From NCBI GenBank assembly GCA_003559735.1, contig PWKN01000117.1, positions 20,663-84,662 on the forward strand: a DNA stretch of 64,000 nt. Direction: 5' to 3'. Below, one piece after another: positions 37,485-47,426 of the stretch. The DNA is from Bacteroidales bacterium (GTDB lineage Bacteria; Bacteroidota; Bacteroidia; Bacteroidales; UBA7960). Below the pieces are notes generated by a model that was not told the DNA's origin, ran no database searches, and saw only the letters and a program-made list of their open reading frames with translations. Both the position numbers and the translations under genes were made by a program. Every line of letters begins with the position of its first letter. Position 1 is the stretch's first letter.

Positions 37485-38348
37485 ATGAAAAATGACACAC
37501 TAACACTGGCTGTTCAGAAGAGCGGACGACTAAGCGAAGGATCGATAAATCTTTTAAAGCAATGCGGCATAAGGATACAAAACGGACGAAACCATCTGAA
37601 AGCCAAAGCCACGGGATTCCCCCTCGAGCTTATCTTCCTGAGCGACGATGACATACCACAATATGTTGAAGACGGCGTGGCTGCAGCGGGCATCCTGGGC
37701 CTGAATGAGGTGCTGGAAAAACAACGGAACGTGACTGTCATCAGGAAACTTGGTTTTTCCCGGTGCCGTTTGTCTGTCGCAGTGCCACGCAACACAGACT
37801 ATCCGGGACATGCATACCTTAACAACAAACGCATTGCCACTTCATACCCGGCAATACTGAAACAGTTTCTCGACGACAACAAACTCAGTGCAGAGATACA
37901 CCCCATCAATGGTTCGGTGGAGGTAACACCAGGACTCGGACTGGCAGACGCCATTTTTGAGATCGTGAGCTCCGGGGGTACCCTGCTGAGCAACGGGTTA
38001 AAAGAGGTCGAAACCGTAATGAAAAGCGAAGCGGTGCTGATCGCAAAACCTGATCTGCCCGAAACGATCAGTGCACTGCTCGAAAAACTCCTGTTTCGCA
38101 TCCAGGCGGTACAAAAAGCCGCCAACAATAAATATATTCTGCTCAACGCCCCTGAAGACAAGCTGGACAGGATCTCTGCCCTGATCCCCGGAATAAAAAG
38201 TCCGACAAAAATGCCACTGGCAGAAAAAGGATGGTATTCTCTCCATTCGGTGATCAGTGAAGATGATTTCTGGGAAGTGATCGATAATCTAAAGGAAGCC
38301 GGAGCAGAAGGCATTCTCGTTGTTCCCATCGAAAAGATGGTTACCTGA
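37485..38348 (+). CDS. hisG: ATP phosphoribosyltransferase (long form)
   Basis: 287 aa including the C-terminal regulatory domain. It is the first gene after the His leader. Confidence 0.92.
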   Translation: MKNDTLTLAVQKSGRLSEGSINLLKQCGIRIQNGRNHLKAKATGFPLELIFLSDDDIPQYVEDGVAAAGILGLNEVLEKQRNVTVIRKLGFSRCRLSVAVPRNTDYPGHAYLNNKRIATSYPAILKQFLDDNKLSAEIHPINGSVEVTPGLGLADAIFEIVSSGGTLLSNGLKEVETVMKSEAVLIAKPDLPETISALLEKLLFRIQAVQKAANNKYILLNAPEDKLDRISALIPGIKSPTKMPLAEKGWYSLHSVISEDDFWEVIDNLKEAGAEGILVVPIEKMVT

Positions 38349-38359
38349 CGTGCCATAAT

Positions 38360-39679
38360 ATGAACCAGAAAACCCCATCAATCATGAAAGTAATCAGCCG
38401 GATTGAGCCTGATGAATACCAAACTGTGTTGCGCCGGCCACCCGGATCCCATAGTGACATACAGGAAAAAGTCAGCGAAATCATTTCACGTGTTGATCGT
38501 GATGGCGATGAAGGTCTGCGGGCCTTATGCCTGGAGATCGACAAACAGGTGCCGGAGGCTTTTGAAATACCGCGCAGGCAGTTGCTGCAGGCAGCCAGTG
38601 ATGTGGACGATCATCTGAAAGCAGCACTGCAGCAGGCGGCAGACAACATCCGCACCTTCCATAAAGCCCAGATACCCGCAGATGTCACCACGGAAACCAT
38701 GCCCGGGATACGATGCACCATTAAGTATACCCCCATTGAACGGGTAGGGATATATGTTCCGGGGGGAACCGCTCCACTGTTGTCGACTGTTATGATGACC
38801 GCCATTCCGGCATCCCTGGCCGGTTGCCGTGAGGTCATTGCATGTACCCCGCCGGGGTCGCCGCCTGAGCTGTTATACACCTTCAGCCTGTTTGACATCC
38901 GCGTGTTTTCTGTTGGTGGTGCACAAGCCATTGCTGCAATGGCACTTGGTACCGAAAGCATTCCCAGGGCAGATAAAATATTCGGACCCGGCAATGCATG
39001 GGTTACCGAGGCAAAGATGCAAATGGCCGGTCGCGGTACTGCCATCGACATGCCTGCCGGCCCTTCTGAAGTGATGGTGATCGCCGATAAAACCGCACAA
39101 CCTGCCTTTGTGGCTGCCGACCTGTTGTCGCAAGCCGAACACGGCCCCGACAGTCAGGTGATACTGGTGGCAGACTCAATGGAGTTTATCCGGCAATGCA
39201 TGCGTGAAACACACCAACAGATGGCGTTGCTCCCACGGAAAGAAACCGCTGCCAAAGCCTTGCAGCACGGACTGGCAATTTGTGTACGCAATGTCGGTGA
39301 AGCCATCGGCATAAGCAACTTTTATGGTCCTGAACACCTCATCCTTGCCGTGAAAGATCCAGCCAAAGCGGCCGAACGGATCAGCAATGCAGGTTCTGTG
39401 TTCCTTGGCAACCACACCCCGGAAACAGCCGGCGATTATGCCAGTGGCACCAACCACACCCTTCCCACCGGTGGTGCAACAAAAGCCTGGAGCGGCATTA
39501 CCACGGCCTCTTTCATGAAAAGCATCACCATACAGGAAATATCGAGAGACGGGTTGATGCAACTTGCCCCCACCCTGCTTCAGCTTGCCAGGGCCGAACA
39601 GCTGGAAGCACACGCCAATGCCGTTCTTCAAAGAATACAACAAGATAAACAGCAACACCCGACAACTTCTATGCCATGA
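38360..39679 (+). CDS. hisD: Histidinol dehydrogenase
   Basis: 439 aa with QAEHGPDSQ and the Zn-ligand region. An alternative start exists at 38384 (MKVISR). Confidence 0.95.
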   Translation: MNQKTPSIMKVISRIEPDEYQTVLRRPPGSHSDIQEKVSEIISRVDRDGDEGLRALCLEIDKQVPEAFEIPRRQLLQAASDVDDHLKAALQQAADNIRTFHKAQIPADVTTETMPGIRCTIKYTPIERVGIYVPGGTAPLLSTVMMTAIPASLAGCREVIACTPPGSPPELLYTFSLFDIRVFSVGGAQAIAAMALGTESIPRADKIFGPGNAWVTEAKMQMAGRGTAIDMPAGPSEVMVIADKTAQPAFVAADLLSQAEHGPDSQVILVADSMEFIRQCMRETHQQMALLPRKETAAKALQHGLAICVRNVGEAIGISNFYGPEHLILAVKDPAKAAERISNAGSVFLGNHTPETAGDYASGTNHTLPTGGATKAWSGITTASFMKSITIQEISRDGLMQLAPTLLQLARAEQLEAHANAVLQRIQQDKQQHPTTSMP

Positions 39680-41364
39680 CATTTAATCTTCAATCGCTCG
39701 TTCCCCGGCATATTGCCAGGATGAAGCCATATACTTCTGCACGCGACGACTTTGGTGGCAGCCGTGAAAACAGGGTTTTTCTGGACGCCAATGAACTGCC
39801 TGACCCGCTTGTCGGCATGCCTCCAAACATCAACAGGTATCCGGGCAATGAGCCAGCCATGCTGAAAGAAAAGCTGGCGGCTGTAAAAAACACAGACCCT
39901 GCACAAATCTTCCTGGGCAACGGCAGTGATGAGATCATCGACCTGGTGATGCGCTGTTTTGCCCGGCCCGGGAAAGACCAGGTCATGATCTTTCCACCTA
40001 CCTTTGGCATGTATGCCGTAAGGGCTGAAGCGAATAATCTGGAGGTGCAGGCAGTCGGACTGGATGAGGGGTTTTTCGTCAGCCACGAAAAAACCATGCA
40101 GGCCATCACCCCAAAAACCAGACTGATGTTCATATGTCATCCCAACAACCCAACTGCCAATACACAGCCGGCCGAAGTGATCACCCGGATCCTCGAATCG
40201 TTCAATGGCATCGTGGTGGCAGATGAAGCCTACATCGACTTCTCACCAGAAAAGAGTCTGTTGCCGTTGCTTGCCAGGCATCCGAACCTGATGGTGGTAC
40301 AAACCTTTTCCAAGGCCTTCGGACTGGCGGGTGCCAGGATCGGGGTCGCTTATGCTTCTGAGGAAATCATCGCCACGATGGACAAAATGCGTTGTCCGTA
40401 TAACCTTGGAACACCTTCCATTGAACTGGCAGTAAAAGCCCTTGACAACCATGCAAGCTACCGGCTGTCTGCCTTGCGTATTACCCGAATGCGTGATAAG
40501 ATGGCGCAAGAAATAGCAGATATGCCACTGGTTGAAAAAGTATATCCCTCTGACGCCAACTTTTTGCTCGTCAAAACCAGTGACGCCAACTCCCTGTATC
40601 ACTACCTGGCAAACAAGGGGGTGATCGTTCGAAACCGTAATCATGAGCCGGGTTGTGCGGGTTGTTTGCGAATTACTGTCGGGACAGCCAGTGAGAACCG
40701 GCGCCTGCTTGATGCCTGGAAAAAGTATGGCAGCAGTGGTGGTGAACAGGACAAAACCTGTGATGCTGCGGGTGAAGAACAGCTGAAGGAGCGCAGGGTG
40801 ATGAAAAGGCGCAGCACGAGTGAAACCGACATCTCACTGGAGCTCAACCTTGATGGCACAGGCGATGTCCATATTGAATCAGGCATTGGCTTTTTTGACC
40901 ATATGTTGCATCAGATCGCCAAACATGGCATGATCGATCTTGACATCATTGTGAAGGGCGACCTGGAGACCGACCCCCATCACAGCATAGAAGATACGGC
41001 CATTACATTGGGTATGGCGGTTCTTGAAGCCCTTGGCAACAAAAAGGGAATTGAGCGTTACGGGTTTGCGCTTCCGATGGACGAAAGCAGTGCCCATGTG
41101 TTGCTCGACCTGGGCGGACGTTCATACCTGAAGTGGGATGTGGTATTTGATTCAAGCCATATTGGTGACATCCCTGCTTCCCTGTTCGGCCATTTCTTCC
41201 GGTCTTTTACCGAAGCGGCAAAATGCAACCTCCATGTCACTGCTACCGGCGAGGACGACCATCATAAGGTTGAAGCGATCTTTAAGGCTTTTGCGCGGAC
41301 ATTGAGGATGGCCGCTTCACGAAACAGATCGGGCATCATGCCTTCAACCAAAGGGGTGCTGTAA
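39676..41364 (+). CDS. hisC/hisB: Fusion protein: histidinol-phosphate aminotransferase (N) + imidazoleglycerol-phosphate dehydratase (C)
   Basis: Single uninterrupted 562-codon ORF. The N-terminal part carries FSKAFGLAGARIG (PLP-Lys). The linker is GSSGGEQDKTCDAAGEEQLKERRV. The C-terminal 187 aa carry the IGPD motifs DPHHSIEDTAI and GEDDHHKVEA. An internal ATG lies at 40801. Confidence 0.88.
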   Translation: MTFNLQSLVPRHIARMKPYTSARDDFGGSRENRVFLDANELPDPLVGMPPNINRYPGNEPAMLKEKLAAVKNTDPAQIFLGNGSDEIIDLVMRCFARPGKDQVMIFPPTFGMYAVRAEANNLEVQAVGLDEGFFVSHEKTMQAITPKTRLMFICHPNNPTANTQPAEVITRILESFNGIVVADEAYIDFSPEKSLLPLLARHPNLMVVQTFSKAFGLAGARIGVAYASEEIIATMDKMRCPYNLGTPSIELAVKALDNHASYRLSALRITRMRDKMAQEIADMPLVEKVYPSDANFLLVKTSDANSLYHYLANKGVIVRNRNHEPGCAGCLRITVGTASENRRLLDAWKKYGSSGGEQDKTCDAAGEEQLKERRVMKRRSTSETDISLELNLDGTGDVHIESGIGFFDHMLHQIAKHGMIDLDIIVKGDLETDPHHSIEDTAITLGMAVLEALGNKKGIERYGFALPMDESSAHVLLDLGGRSYLKWDVVFDSSHIGDIPASLFGHFFRSFTEAAKCNLHVTATGEDDHHKVEAIFKAFARTLRMAASRNRSGIMPSTKGVL

Positions 41365-41503
41365 AAAATCCTGCCGCGACGGATCTTGCTGATCACTGGG
41401 AGCGCTGCAAGGAGAGAAAGTTGCCGGAGGTTCGCAGGCGGATAAAAAACAAAGAAAGACCACTGGTTGTGCGCAACCAGTGTAAACGATTAAAAGGAAA
41501 AAG

Positions 41504-42091
41504 ATGAACCAAAACATATACATCGTGCATTACAAGGCAGGCAACATCGCTTCGGTAATGAATGCCTTTGCCCGTTTGGGTGTGCATGCCCGGCTTGCTG
41601 CCCGTCCCACTGAATTGAAAAATGCAGATAAGCTGATCTTTCCGGGAGTAGGTCACGCCAGGCCAGCGATGGAAGTACTGAGGGCCTCAGGGATGGACGA
41701 AGCCATTGCGAACTTTAAGGGTCCGGTATTAGGGATCTGCCTGGGCATGCAACTTATGGCAGCCCGCTCAGAAGAAGGGAACATGGAGGGACTGGGGATC
41801 TTTCCGGCGGCCATCAGGCGGTTCAATGGTCAGCCAAAAATACCACACATGGGGTGGAACAGCCTCCACGACCTCTGCGGACCATTGTTCGGGGGTGTTC
41901 CTGAAGGCAGCCACGCATATTTTGTGCACAGCTACTACATGCCCGATCGCGCAGATGCCATCGCCCGATGCAACTACGACGAGGTATTCACTGCGGCTGT
42001 TGCGCACGACCGGTTTTTCGGACTACAGTTTCATCCGGAGAAAAGCGGACAAACAGGAATGACCATACTTAAAAACTTTATCGCGCTATGA
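41504..42091 (+). CDS. hisH: Imidazole glycerol phosphate synthase, glutamine amidotransferase subunit
   Basis: 195 aa with GICLGMQL and GLQFHPEKS. Confidence 0.95.
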   Translation: MNQNIYIVHYKAGNIASVMNAFARLGVHARLAARPTELKNADKLIFPGVGHARPAMEVLRASGMDEAIANFKGPVLGICLGMQLMAARSEEGNMEGLGIFPAAIRRFNGQPKIPHMGWNSLHDLCGPLFGGVPEGSHAYFVHSYYMPDRADAIARCNYDEVFTAAVAHDRFFGLQFHPEKSGQTGMTILKNFIAL

Positions 42092-42813
42092 TTGCAATCC
42101 CAGCTATTGACATTATGAACGGCACATGCGTACGGCTGGTCAAAGGCCGTTTTGCCGAAAAAACGTCTTACGACGCCAAACCGCTTCTTCTTGCCCGGGA
42201 CATTGAGGCTGCCGGACTTACCCATCTGCACCTGATCGATCTTGACGGAGCACACAAAGGGGAGCCTGCAAACCTCCCGGTACTGGAACAGCTGGCCAAA
42301 GAGACCACACTGACCATCGATTTTGGAGGGGGTATACGTGCCATGGAGACCATCCGGAAGGTACTTGACGCCGGTGCCGCGAAGGCCAACCTGGGCACCT
42401 TCCTCTTCTCTTCGCCCGATATCCCTCTTCAATGCATAGAGTCATTCGGTGCCGATGCCCTCATAGCGGCCGTTGACATAAAGGACGGCCAGGTGGCCGT
42501 AAACGGATGGCAGCAAAACTCCGGAATACGGTCTGCCGACGCCATAGAAAGCTTGCTGGACATCGGATGGAAGTTCTTTTCGGTGACAGACATCAGCCGT
42601 GACGGCACCATGGAGGGTCCTGACCCGGAGTTTTACATGCCACTGGTCGATGCATACCCATCGGCAAAGTTCATAGGTGGAGGGGGTGTTGCAACTGTGG
42701 AACACCTCTATATGCTCAAGTCGTGCGGATTGTATGCGGCGGTGACCGGCAAAGCCATCTTTGAGGGGCAGATCACCCTCGACCAACTCGCCACCCTGAA
42801 TGCCAGAACCTGA
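42088..42813 (+). CDS. hisA: ProFAR isomerase
   Basis: 241 aa. IPAIDIMNGTCVRLVKG at the N-terminus. ATGA overlap with hisH. Confidence 0.95.
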   Translation: MIAIPAIDIMNGTCVRLVKGRFAEKTSYDAKPLLLARDIEAAGLTHLHLIDLDGAHKGEPANLPVLEQLAKETTLTIDFGGGIRAMETIRKVLDAGAAKANLGTFLFSSPDIPLQCIESFGADALIAAVDIKDGQVAVNGWQQNSGIRSADAIESLLDIGWKFFSVTDISRDGTMEGPDPEFYMPLVDAYPSAKFIGGGGVATVEHLYMLKSCGLYAAVTGKAIFEGQITLDQLATLNART

Positions 42814-42854
42814 AAAACCATATGAACTGATAATACGTAAACCCAAAAACAATC

Positions 42855-43613
42855 GTGCACATGCTGACAAAACGGATCATCCCATGTTTGGACATCAAGA
42901 ACGGACGCACCGTAAAAGGGGTAACTTTTGGCAACCTGCAGGATGCCGGCGATCCCGTTGAACTTGCTTCCCGCTACTCTGAAGAAGGTGCCGACGAGCT
43001 GTGCCTGCTTGACATAACAGCAACACTTGAAGGCCGGTCTACATTCCTCAAGGTGGTTGAAGACGTAGCCACAGCTGTATCGATCCCTTTTACCGTAGGG
43101 GGTGGCATATCGAACGAAAAACAGGTCGAGACGCTGCTGTCAAAGGGGGCCGACAAAGTGTCGGTGAACACTTCGGCATTGCTCGATCCCGGATTGATAA
43201 CCAGACTGTCCAACGCATTCGGAAACCAGTGTGTGGTGGTAGCCATAGATGCACGTTATGATGAAGGCAAATGGCAGGTTGTCAGCCATGCCGGTACAAA
43301 ACCAACAGGAATAATGGCGACAAAGTGGGCCATTGAAGCCAGTGACAGGGGTGCCGGGGAGATTTTGCTGACCTCCTTCACGGCCGACGGTACACGAAAT
43401 GGCTTCTCTCTCGACATCACCAGGGAGGTTACGCAAAACATCCCTATTCCCGTCATTGCTTCGGGAGGTGCGGGAAATCCGCAACATTTTCTTGATGTGT
43501 TTACCCAGGCACAAGCCGACGCCGCCCTCGCTGCCGGTATCTTCCATTATGGCATTGTGCGCATTGAAGAAGTAAAAACGTTTTTAAAGGAACATGGCGT
43601 GGCAATAAGGTGA
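42855..43613 (+). CDS. hisF: Imidazole glycerol phosphate synthase, cyclase subunit
   Basis: 252 aa with KRIIPCLDIKNGRTVKG. Confidence 0.97.
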   Translation: MHMLTKRIIPCLDIKNGRTVKGVTFGNLQDAGDPVELASRYSEEGADELCLLDITATLEGRSTFLKVVEDVATAVSIPFTVGGGISNEKQVETLLSKGADKVSVNTSALLDPGLITRLSNAFGNQCVVVAIDARYDEGKWQVVSHAGTKPTGIMATKWAIEASDRGAGEILLTSFTADGTRNGFSLDITREVTQNIPIPVIASGGAGNPQHFLDVFTQAQADAALAAGIFHYGIVRIEEVKTFLKEHGVAIR

Positions 43614-43703
43614 CCAAGTGCACGGACGAAGATGAACAACAATACCATCTGGCGAAGTCGTTCCAAAATACAGTCAACAAACACAAATAAGAGATAACAG
43701 ACA

Positions 43704-44354
43704 ATGAATCCGGACAAATTGAATTTTGCAAAGGGAAACGGCTTGTTGCCCGTGATTGCCCAGGATGCTGAAACAGGCCGTGTGCTGATGCAGGCCTTTA
43801 TGAACAAAGAGGCGCTCGAAAAAACCCAGGCTCTTGGAAAGCTGACGCTGTTCAGCCGGACAAAAAAGAGGTTGTGGACAAAAGGAGAAACGTCGGGGAA
43901 TGTTTTGCGGGTGAAGGAACTGATGGCTGATTGCGACGGGGACTGTCTGCTGGCCAAGGTTGAGTCAGCCGGACCCGCTTGTCATACCGGACAGGATACC
44001 TGTTTCGGAGAAGAAAACCGGTGGACAGTGACGGACAAACAACAGTCGCCCGAAGGTGACCAGGAAGCCACGGTGTCGTTTTTGGCCTCGCTGGAAACAT
44101 TCCTGCGCAAACGGCAGACAGCAGATCCTGCAGAAAGCTATACCGCCAGGTTATTTGCCAAAGGAATCAAACACATTGCAAAAAAATTAGGGGAAGAAGC
44201 GGTTGAACTGGTCCTGGAGTCAGAAACAGGCGAGCGTCAAAGGTTTGTTGAAGAGGCGGCCGATCTTTTGTATCACCTTGATGTATTGCTGATCGCAAAA
44301 GGCCTGGGACTGTCAGACATTGTTGACGAACTCAAATCGAGGCACCGGCAATGA
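43704..44354 (+). CDS. hisIE: Bifunctional phosphoribosyl-AMP cyclohydrolase / phosphoribosyl-ATP pyrophosphatase
   Basis: 216 aa. The N-terminal HisI part has a CxxGxxSCF-like CHTGQDTCF. The C-terminal HisE part is helical (EEAADLLYHL). Confidence 0.9.
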   Translation: MNPDKLNFAKGNGLLPVIAQDAETGRVLMQAFMNKEALEKTQALGKLTLFSRTKKRLWTKGETSGNVLRVKELMADCDGDCLLAKVESAGPACHTGQDTCFGEENRWTVTDKQQSPEGDQEATVSFLASLETFLRKRQTADPAESYTARLFAKGIKHIAKKLGEEAVELVLESETGERQRFVEEAADLLYHLDVLLIAKGLGLSDIVDELKSRHRQ

Positions 44355-44421
44355 AACCCCGGATGTCAGCAATAAGGAACCACGAGGCGTACGAGGACAG
44401 ATTGCCGGTGATGCATTGGCG

Positions 44422-45255
44422 CTACAAACCGCAATAGGTTTTGCTCAGCTCCCAGAGTCTTTCTGCCACCTCCATGTTTTTTGAACGGCGACTTGTTGAG
44501 GCAATGTTCTTTCTGGCAAAATATTCACCACTGACATTGCGCACCTCCGGCGATGTGGCAAGGTAAACGGTTGTTTGGGCTCCATTTTTCGGGGTTATCA
44601 TGAACGGGGCGGCAATGTTCCGGATAAAGGAGGGCATCCTGTCAAACAAATGTGATGCCACCACCCCCGGATGCAAACAGTTTACCGTTACCCCAGTGCC
44701 TTTAAGATCAGCTGCCAGCTTACGCGTAAACAATACGTTTGCCAGTTTGCTCTGGGCGTAAGCGCGCAAACTGCCCCACCCTTTTTTCATTTCCACATCG
44801 TGCAGTTTCATGAATGCCTGTTTGTGCACAGTACTGGCTACATTGATGATTCTCGCCGGGGCACTGGCTTTGATGGTGTCGAGCAACAGGTTGGTCAGAA
44901 GAAAAGGGGCGAGGTGGTTAACAGCAAAGGTAAGCTCAACACCATCTTCCGAAAGCTTTCTTTTTACCTCCCAGATCCCGGCATTGTTGATCAGCAGGTG
45001 AAGCCGGTCATATTTCTTATTAAACTGTTCTGCAAATGCACGTATTGATCGAAAAGAACCAAGATCGGCCTCCATCACATCAACCTGTCCGTTCCCGGTC
45101 TTTTCCTTTATTTCCTCTTTCAGAATTTTTCCTTTCTCCATGCTGCGAACCGGCAACACCAGGTGTATACCCTCCCCGGCCAATGCTATGGCCGTTTCCC
45201 GGCCAATGCCTGAAGTGGCTCCGGTAATAATGGCTACAGTTTTATTTTTGTCCAT
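44422..45255 (-). CDS. SDR-family oxidoreductase
   Basis: TGATSGIGRE cofactor motif and YAQSK catalytic motif. The start is taken at MDKNKTVAIITG (45255) rather than ORF start 45366. Confidence 0.88.
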   Translation of the reverse strand: MDKNKTVAIITGATSGIGRETAIALAGEGIHLVLPVRSMEKGKILKEEIKEKTGNGQVDVMEADLGSFRSIRAFAEQFNKKYDRLHLLINNAGIWEVKRKLSEDGVELTFAVNHLAPFLLTNLLLDTIKASAPARIINVASTVHKQAFMKLHDVEMKKGWGSLRAYAQSKLANVLFTRKLAADLKGTGVTVNCLHPGVVASHLFDRMPSFIRNIAAPFMITPKNGAQTTVYLATSPEVRNVSGEYFARKNIASTSRRSKNMEVAERLWELSKTYCGL

Positions 45256-45445
45256 CGTTCGACTATTTGCACCAAAGTTAACGTTCTTTTTCAGATCTTG
45301 CTCCGGCAGAAAGATTCCTTTGCAACCGTTTTCCGGCATAAAGGCCACAACAGAGATGACCTGCACGCCGTGGTCGGTTCACAACCACTATCACAAAACA
45401 TTTTTCGGCAAAGATTGTTTAACCCATACATCGTTTATAACCGTT

Positions 45446-46612
45446 ATGAAGTCCGCCATGGCCTTTTTCTTGTTTTTCAGCATTGTTCTGCTTGTTTATT
45501 TTTCAGCCAACTACTATGTTTTTTGGCGGGGGTGGCAGGCAATTCCACCTGGAAGCGGCTGGAGGCCTTTATTCGGGATGGTGTTCTGGTTCCTGGCATC
45601 GACCTATATTGCCGGCAGGATACTCGAAAGGGCCTATATAAGCACATTCAGCGATGTGCTTATCTGGACGGGCTCTTTCTGGCTTGGTGCCCTGCTGTAT
45701 TTATTTTTGCTGGTATTGTTTTTTGACCTGTTGCGACTTGTCAATCATTATGTCCCATTTTTTCCCGGCTTTGTTACAGGGAATGCTACGAAGGTGCGCC
45801 TTATTGCATTTGCAGGATCTGTTGTGCTGGTAACGCTCGCGCTGACCGCAGGTTATATCAATGCCCGGCATCCCGTTGTAAGGCAATTTGACGTCGGCAT
45901 TGAAAAAAAGCACAACGGAAAACACACATCGATTCGTGCTGTGTTGTTGTCGGACATCCACCTGGGCACATTGATCGGAAATGGTCATTTGCGAAGAATA
46001 ACAGAAAGAGTGATGATGCTTGAGCCCGACATTGTTTTTCTTGCCGGCGACATTCTTGATGAGGACCTGGAGCCGGTAATCCGTCAGAACAGTGGCAAGG
46101 TGCTGGGTAAATTACAGGCACCGCTGGGTGTTTACGGTGTTATGGGCAACCACGAACACATAGGTGGTTCGGCAGATGCCTTTCGCTACCTGGAAGAGCA
46201 TGGCATTCAAATGATCCGCGACAGTGTGGTAATGGTTGACCAAAGCTTCTGGCTTGTTGGTCGCGATGACCGTGACAAGCGCAGGTTCAGCGGTCGCGAC
46301 CGCAAGTCTTTAGAGTCACTGATGGCCACGACAGACAAAAGGTATCCGGTTATACTGCTTGATCACCAGCCGTTCGACCTGGACAAGGCAGCCGCATTGG
46401 GGGTAGACTTACAGTTATCCGGTCATACCCATCACGGACAGTTATGGCCGCTGAATTATATCACTCAGGCCATCTACACCATCAGCCATGGACCTGGCAA
46501 CATTAACGGTATGCACGTATATGTGTCGAACGGGGTAGGCACGTGGGGCCCGCCTGTCCGCACAGGTAACCGACCGGAGATCGTACTGCTGAACATCCGC
46601 TTCGGACAATGA
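45446..46612 (+). CDS. Membrane-anchored metallophosphoesterase
   Basis: N-terminal TM segments followed by SDIHLG, GDILD, GNHE and GHTH motifs. The start is taken at ATG 45446 inside ORF 45140. Confidence 0.85.
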   Translation: MKSAMAFFLFFSIVLLVYFSANYYVFWRGWQAIPPGSGWRPLFGMVFWFLASTYIAGRILERAYISTFSDVLIWTGSFWLGALLYLFLLVLFFDLLRLVNHYVPFFPGFVTGNATKVRLIAFAGSVVLVTLALTAGYINARHPVVRQFDVGIEKKHNGKHTSIRAVLLSDIHLGTLIGNGHLRRITERVMMLEPDIVFLAGDILDEDLEPVIRQNSGKVLGKLQAPLGVYGVMGNHEHIGGSADAFRYLEEHGIQMIRDSVVMVDQSFWLVGRDDRDKRRFSGRDRKSLESLMATTDKRYPVILLDHQPFDLDKAAALGVDLQLSGHTHHGQLWPLNYITQAIYTISHGPGNINGMHVYVSNGVGTWGPPVRTGNRPEIVLLNIRFGQ

Positions 46613-46703
46613 CCAAATGGAATTCTGTTTAACCATCGGGCATCACGCAGGGATGTCCACCGGACTGCAAACCATTTGCAAGATCAAACCACCACCCACC
46701 AGG

Positions 46704-46994
46704 CTATTCCGTATAAACGGTAGTGTCTTCTCCGGCCGGTGGTTCTTTTTTGGATCTGCCAAACAGCCGGCGGAAAAAATCAGTGATTTTGGTCGCCACT
46801 GCATATGCCTGGTGGAAGCCGGCTGAGAACCGGCGAACAGATGTGACGAGTGAAACAGCCTGCTCCACTGCCCTGAAACTCTCCATCATTTTATTCTCGG
46901 CCAGCAGTGCTTCATAATGCAAACGCGCTTTCTCCACCCTGATGTCGTGGTAACTCCTGATGTGCTTTAACGATTCAAACATATGCTTCATCAA
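46704..46994 (-). CDS. Hypothetical protein (last gene of a YtxH / membrane protein / small protein trio)
   Basis: 96-aa ORF co-directional and tightly spaced with the two upstream genes. I recognised no motif. Confidence 0.4.
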   Translation of the reverse strand: MMKHMFESLKHIRSYHDIRVEKARLHYEALLAENKMMESFRAVEQAVSLVTSVRRFSAGFHQAYAVATKITDFFRRLFGRSKKEPPAGEDTTVYTE

Positions 46995-47037
46995 TGCTAA
47001 TTCCTGAATTGTTTATTGACAACGGCACTGTTTCATG

Positions 47038-47409
47038 TCAGTGCTTTGCCTTGCTTTCTGAATCAGAAAAAAAGATGTTCACCAAGATCCGGATGGCCAG
47101 TCGTCCAAAAATCCTTTTCCGTCCGACAAAAAAGATCAACATCAGAAACAGGTAGAATCCACCCGTAAGGAGCATTCCGAGCCAGTAGGATTCAAGCAAA
47201 ATGCCCAGATAAATGGCTGCAGCACCCGACACAAACAACAACGCCAGGAAACCAACCATCATCAGTAAGGCATTGGCCATAAATAAGCTGAGCACTTTTA
47301 CCGCCTTTTCAAACGCCACAATGCCATAATAGGAGGCACTCGTTTCAAGATATTTTTGCAGGTTATCTTTCAATGCAGCGATACGTGCCAGTAACTCTTT
47401 GGCTTCCAT
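47038..47409 (-). CDS. Small membrane protein (holin-X/phage-holin-like family annotation type)
   Basis: 123 aa with an N-terminal amphipathic helix and two TM segments. Confidence 0.5.
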   Translation of the reverse strand: MEAKELLARIAALKDNLQKYLETSASYYGIVAFEKAVKVLSLFMANALLMMVGFLALLFVSGAAAIYLGILLESYWLGMLLTGGFYLFLMLIFFVGRKRIFGRLAIRILVNIFFSDSESKAKH

Positions 47410-47426
47410 ACAATGGAGGATTGTTA

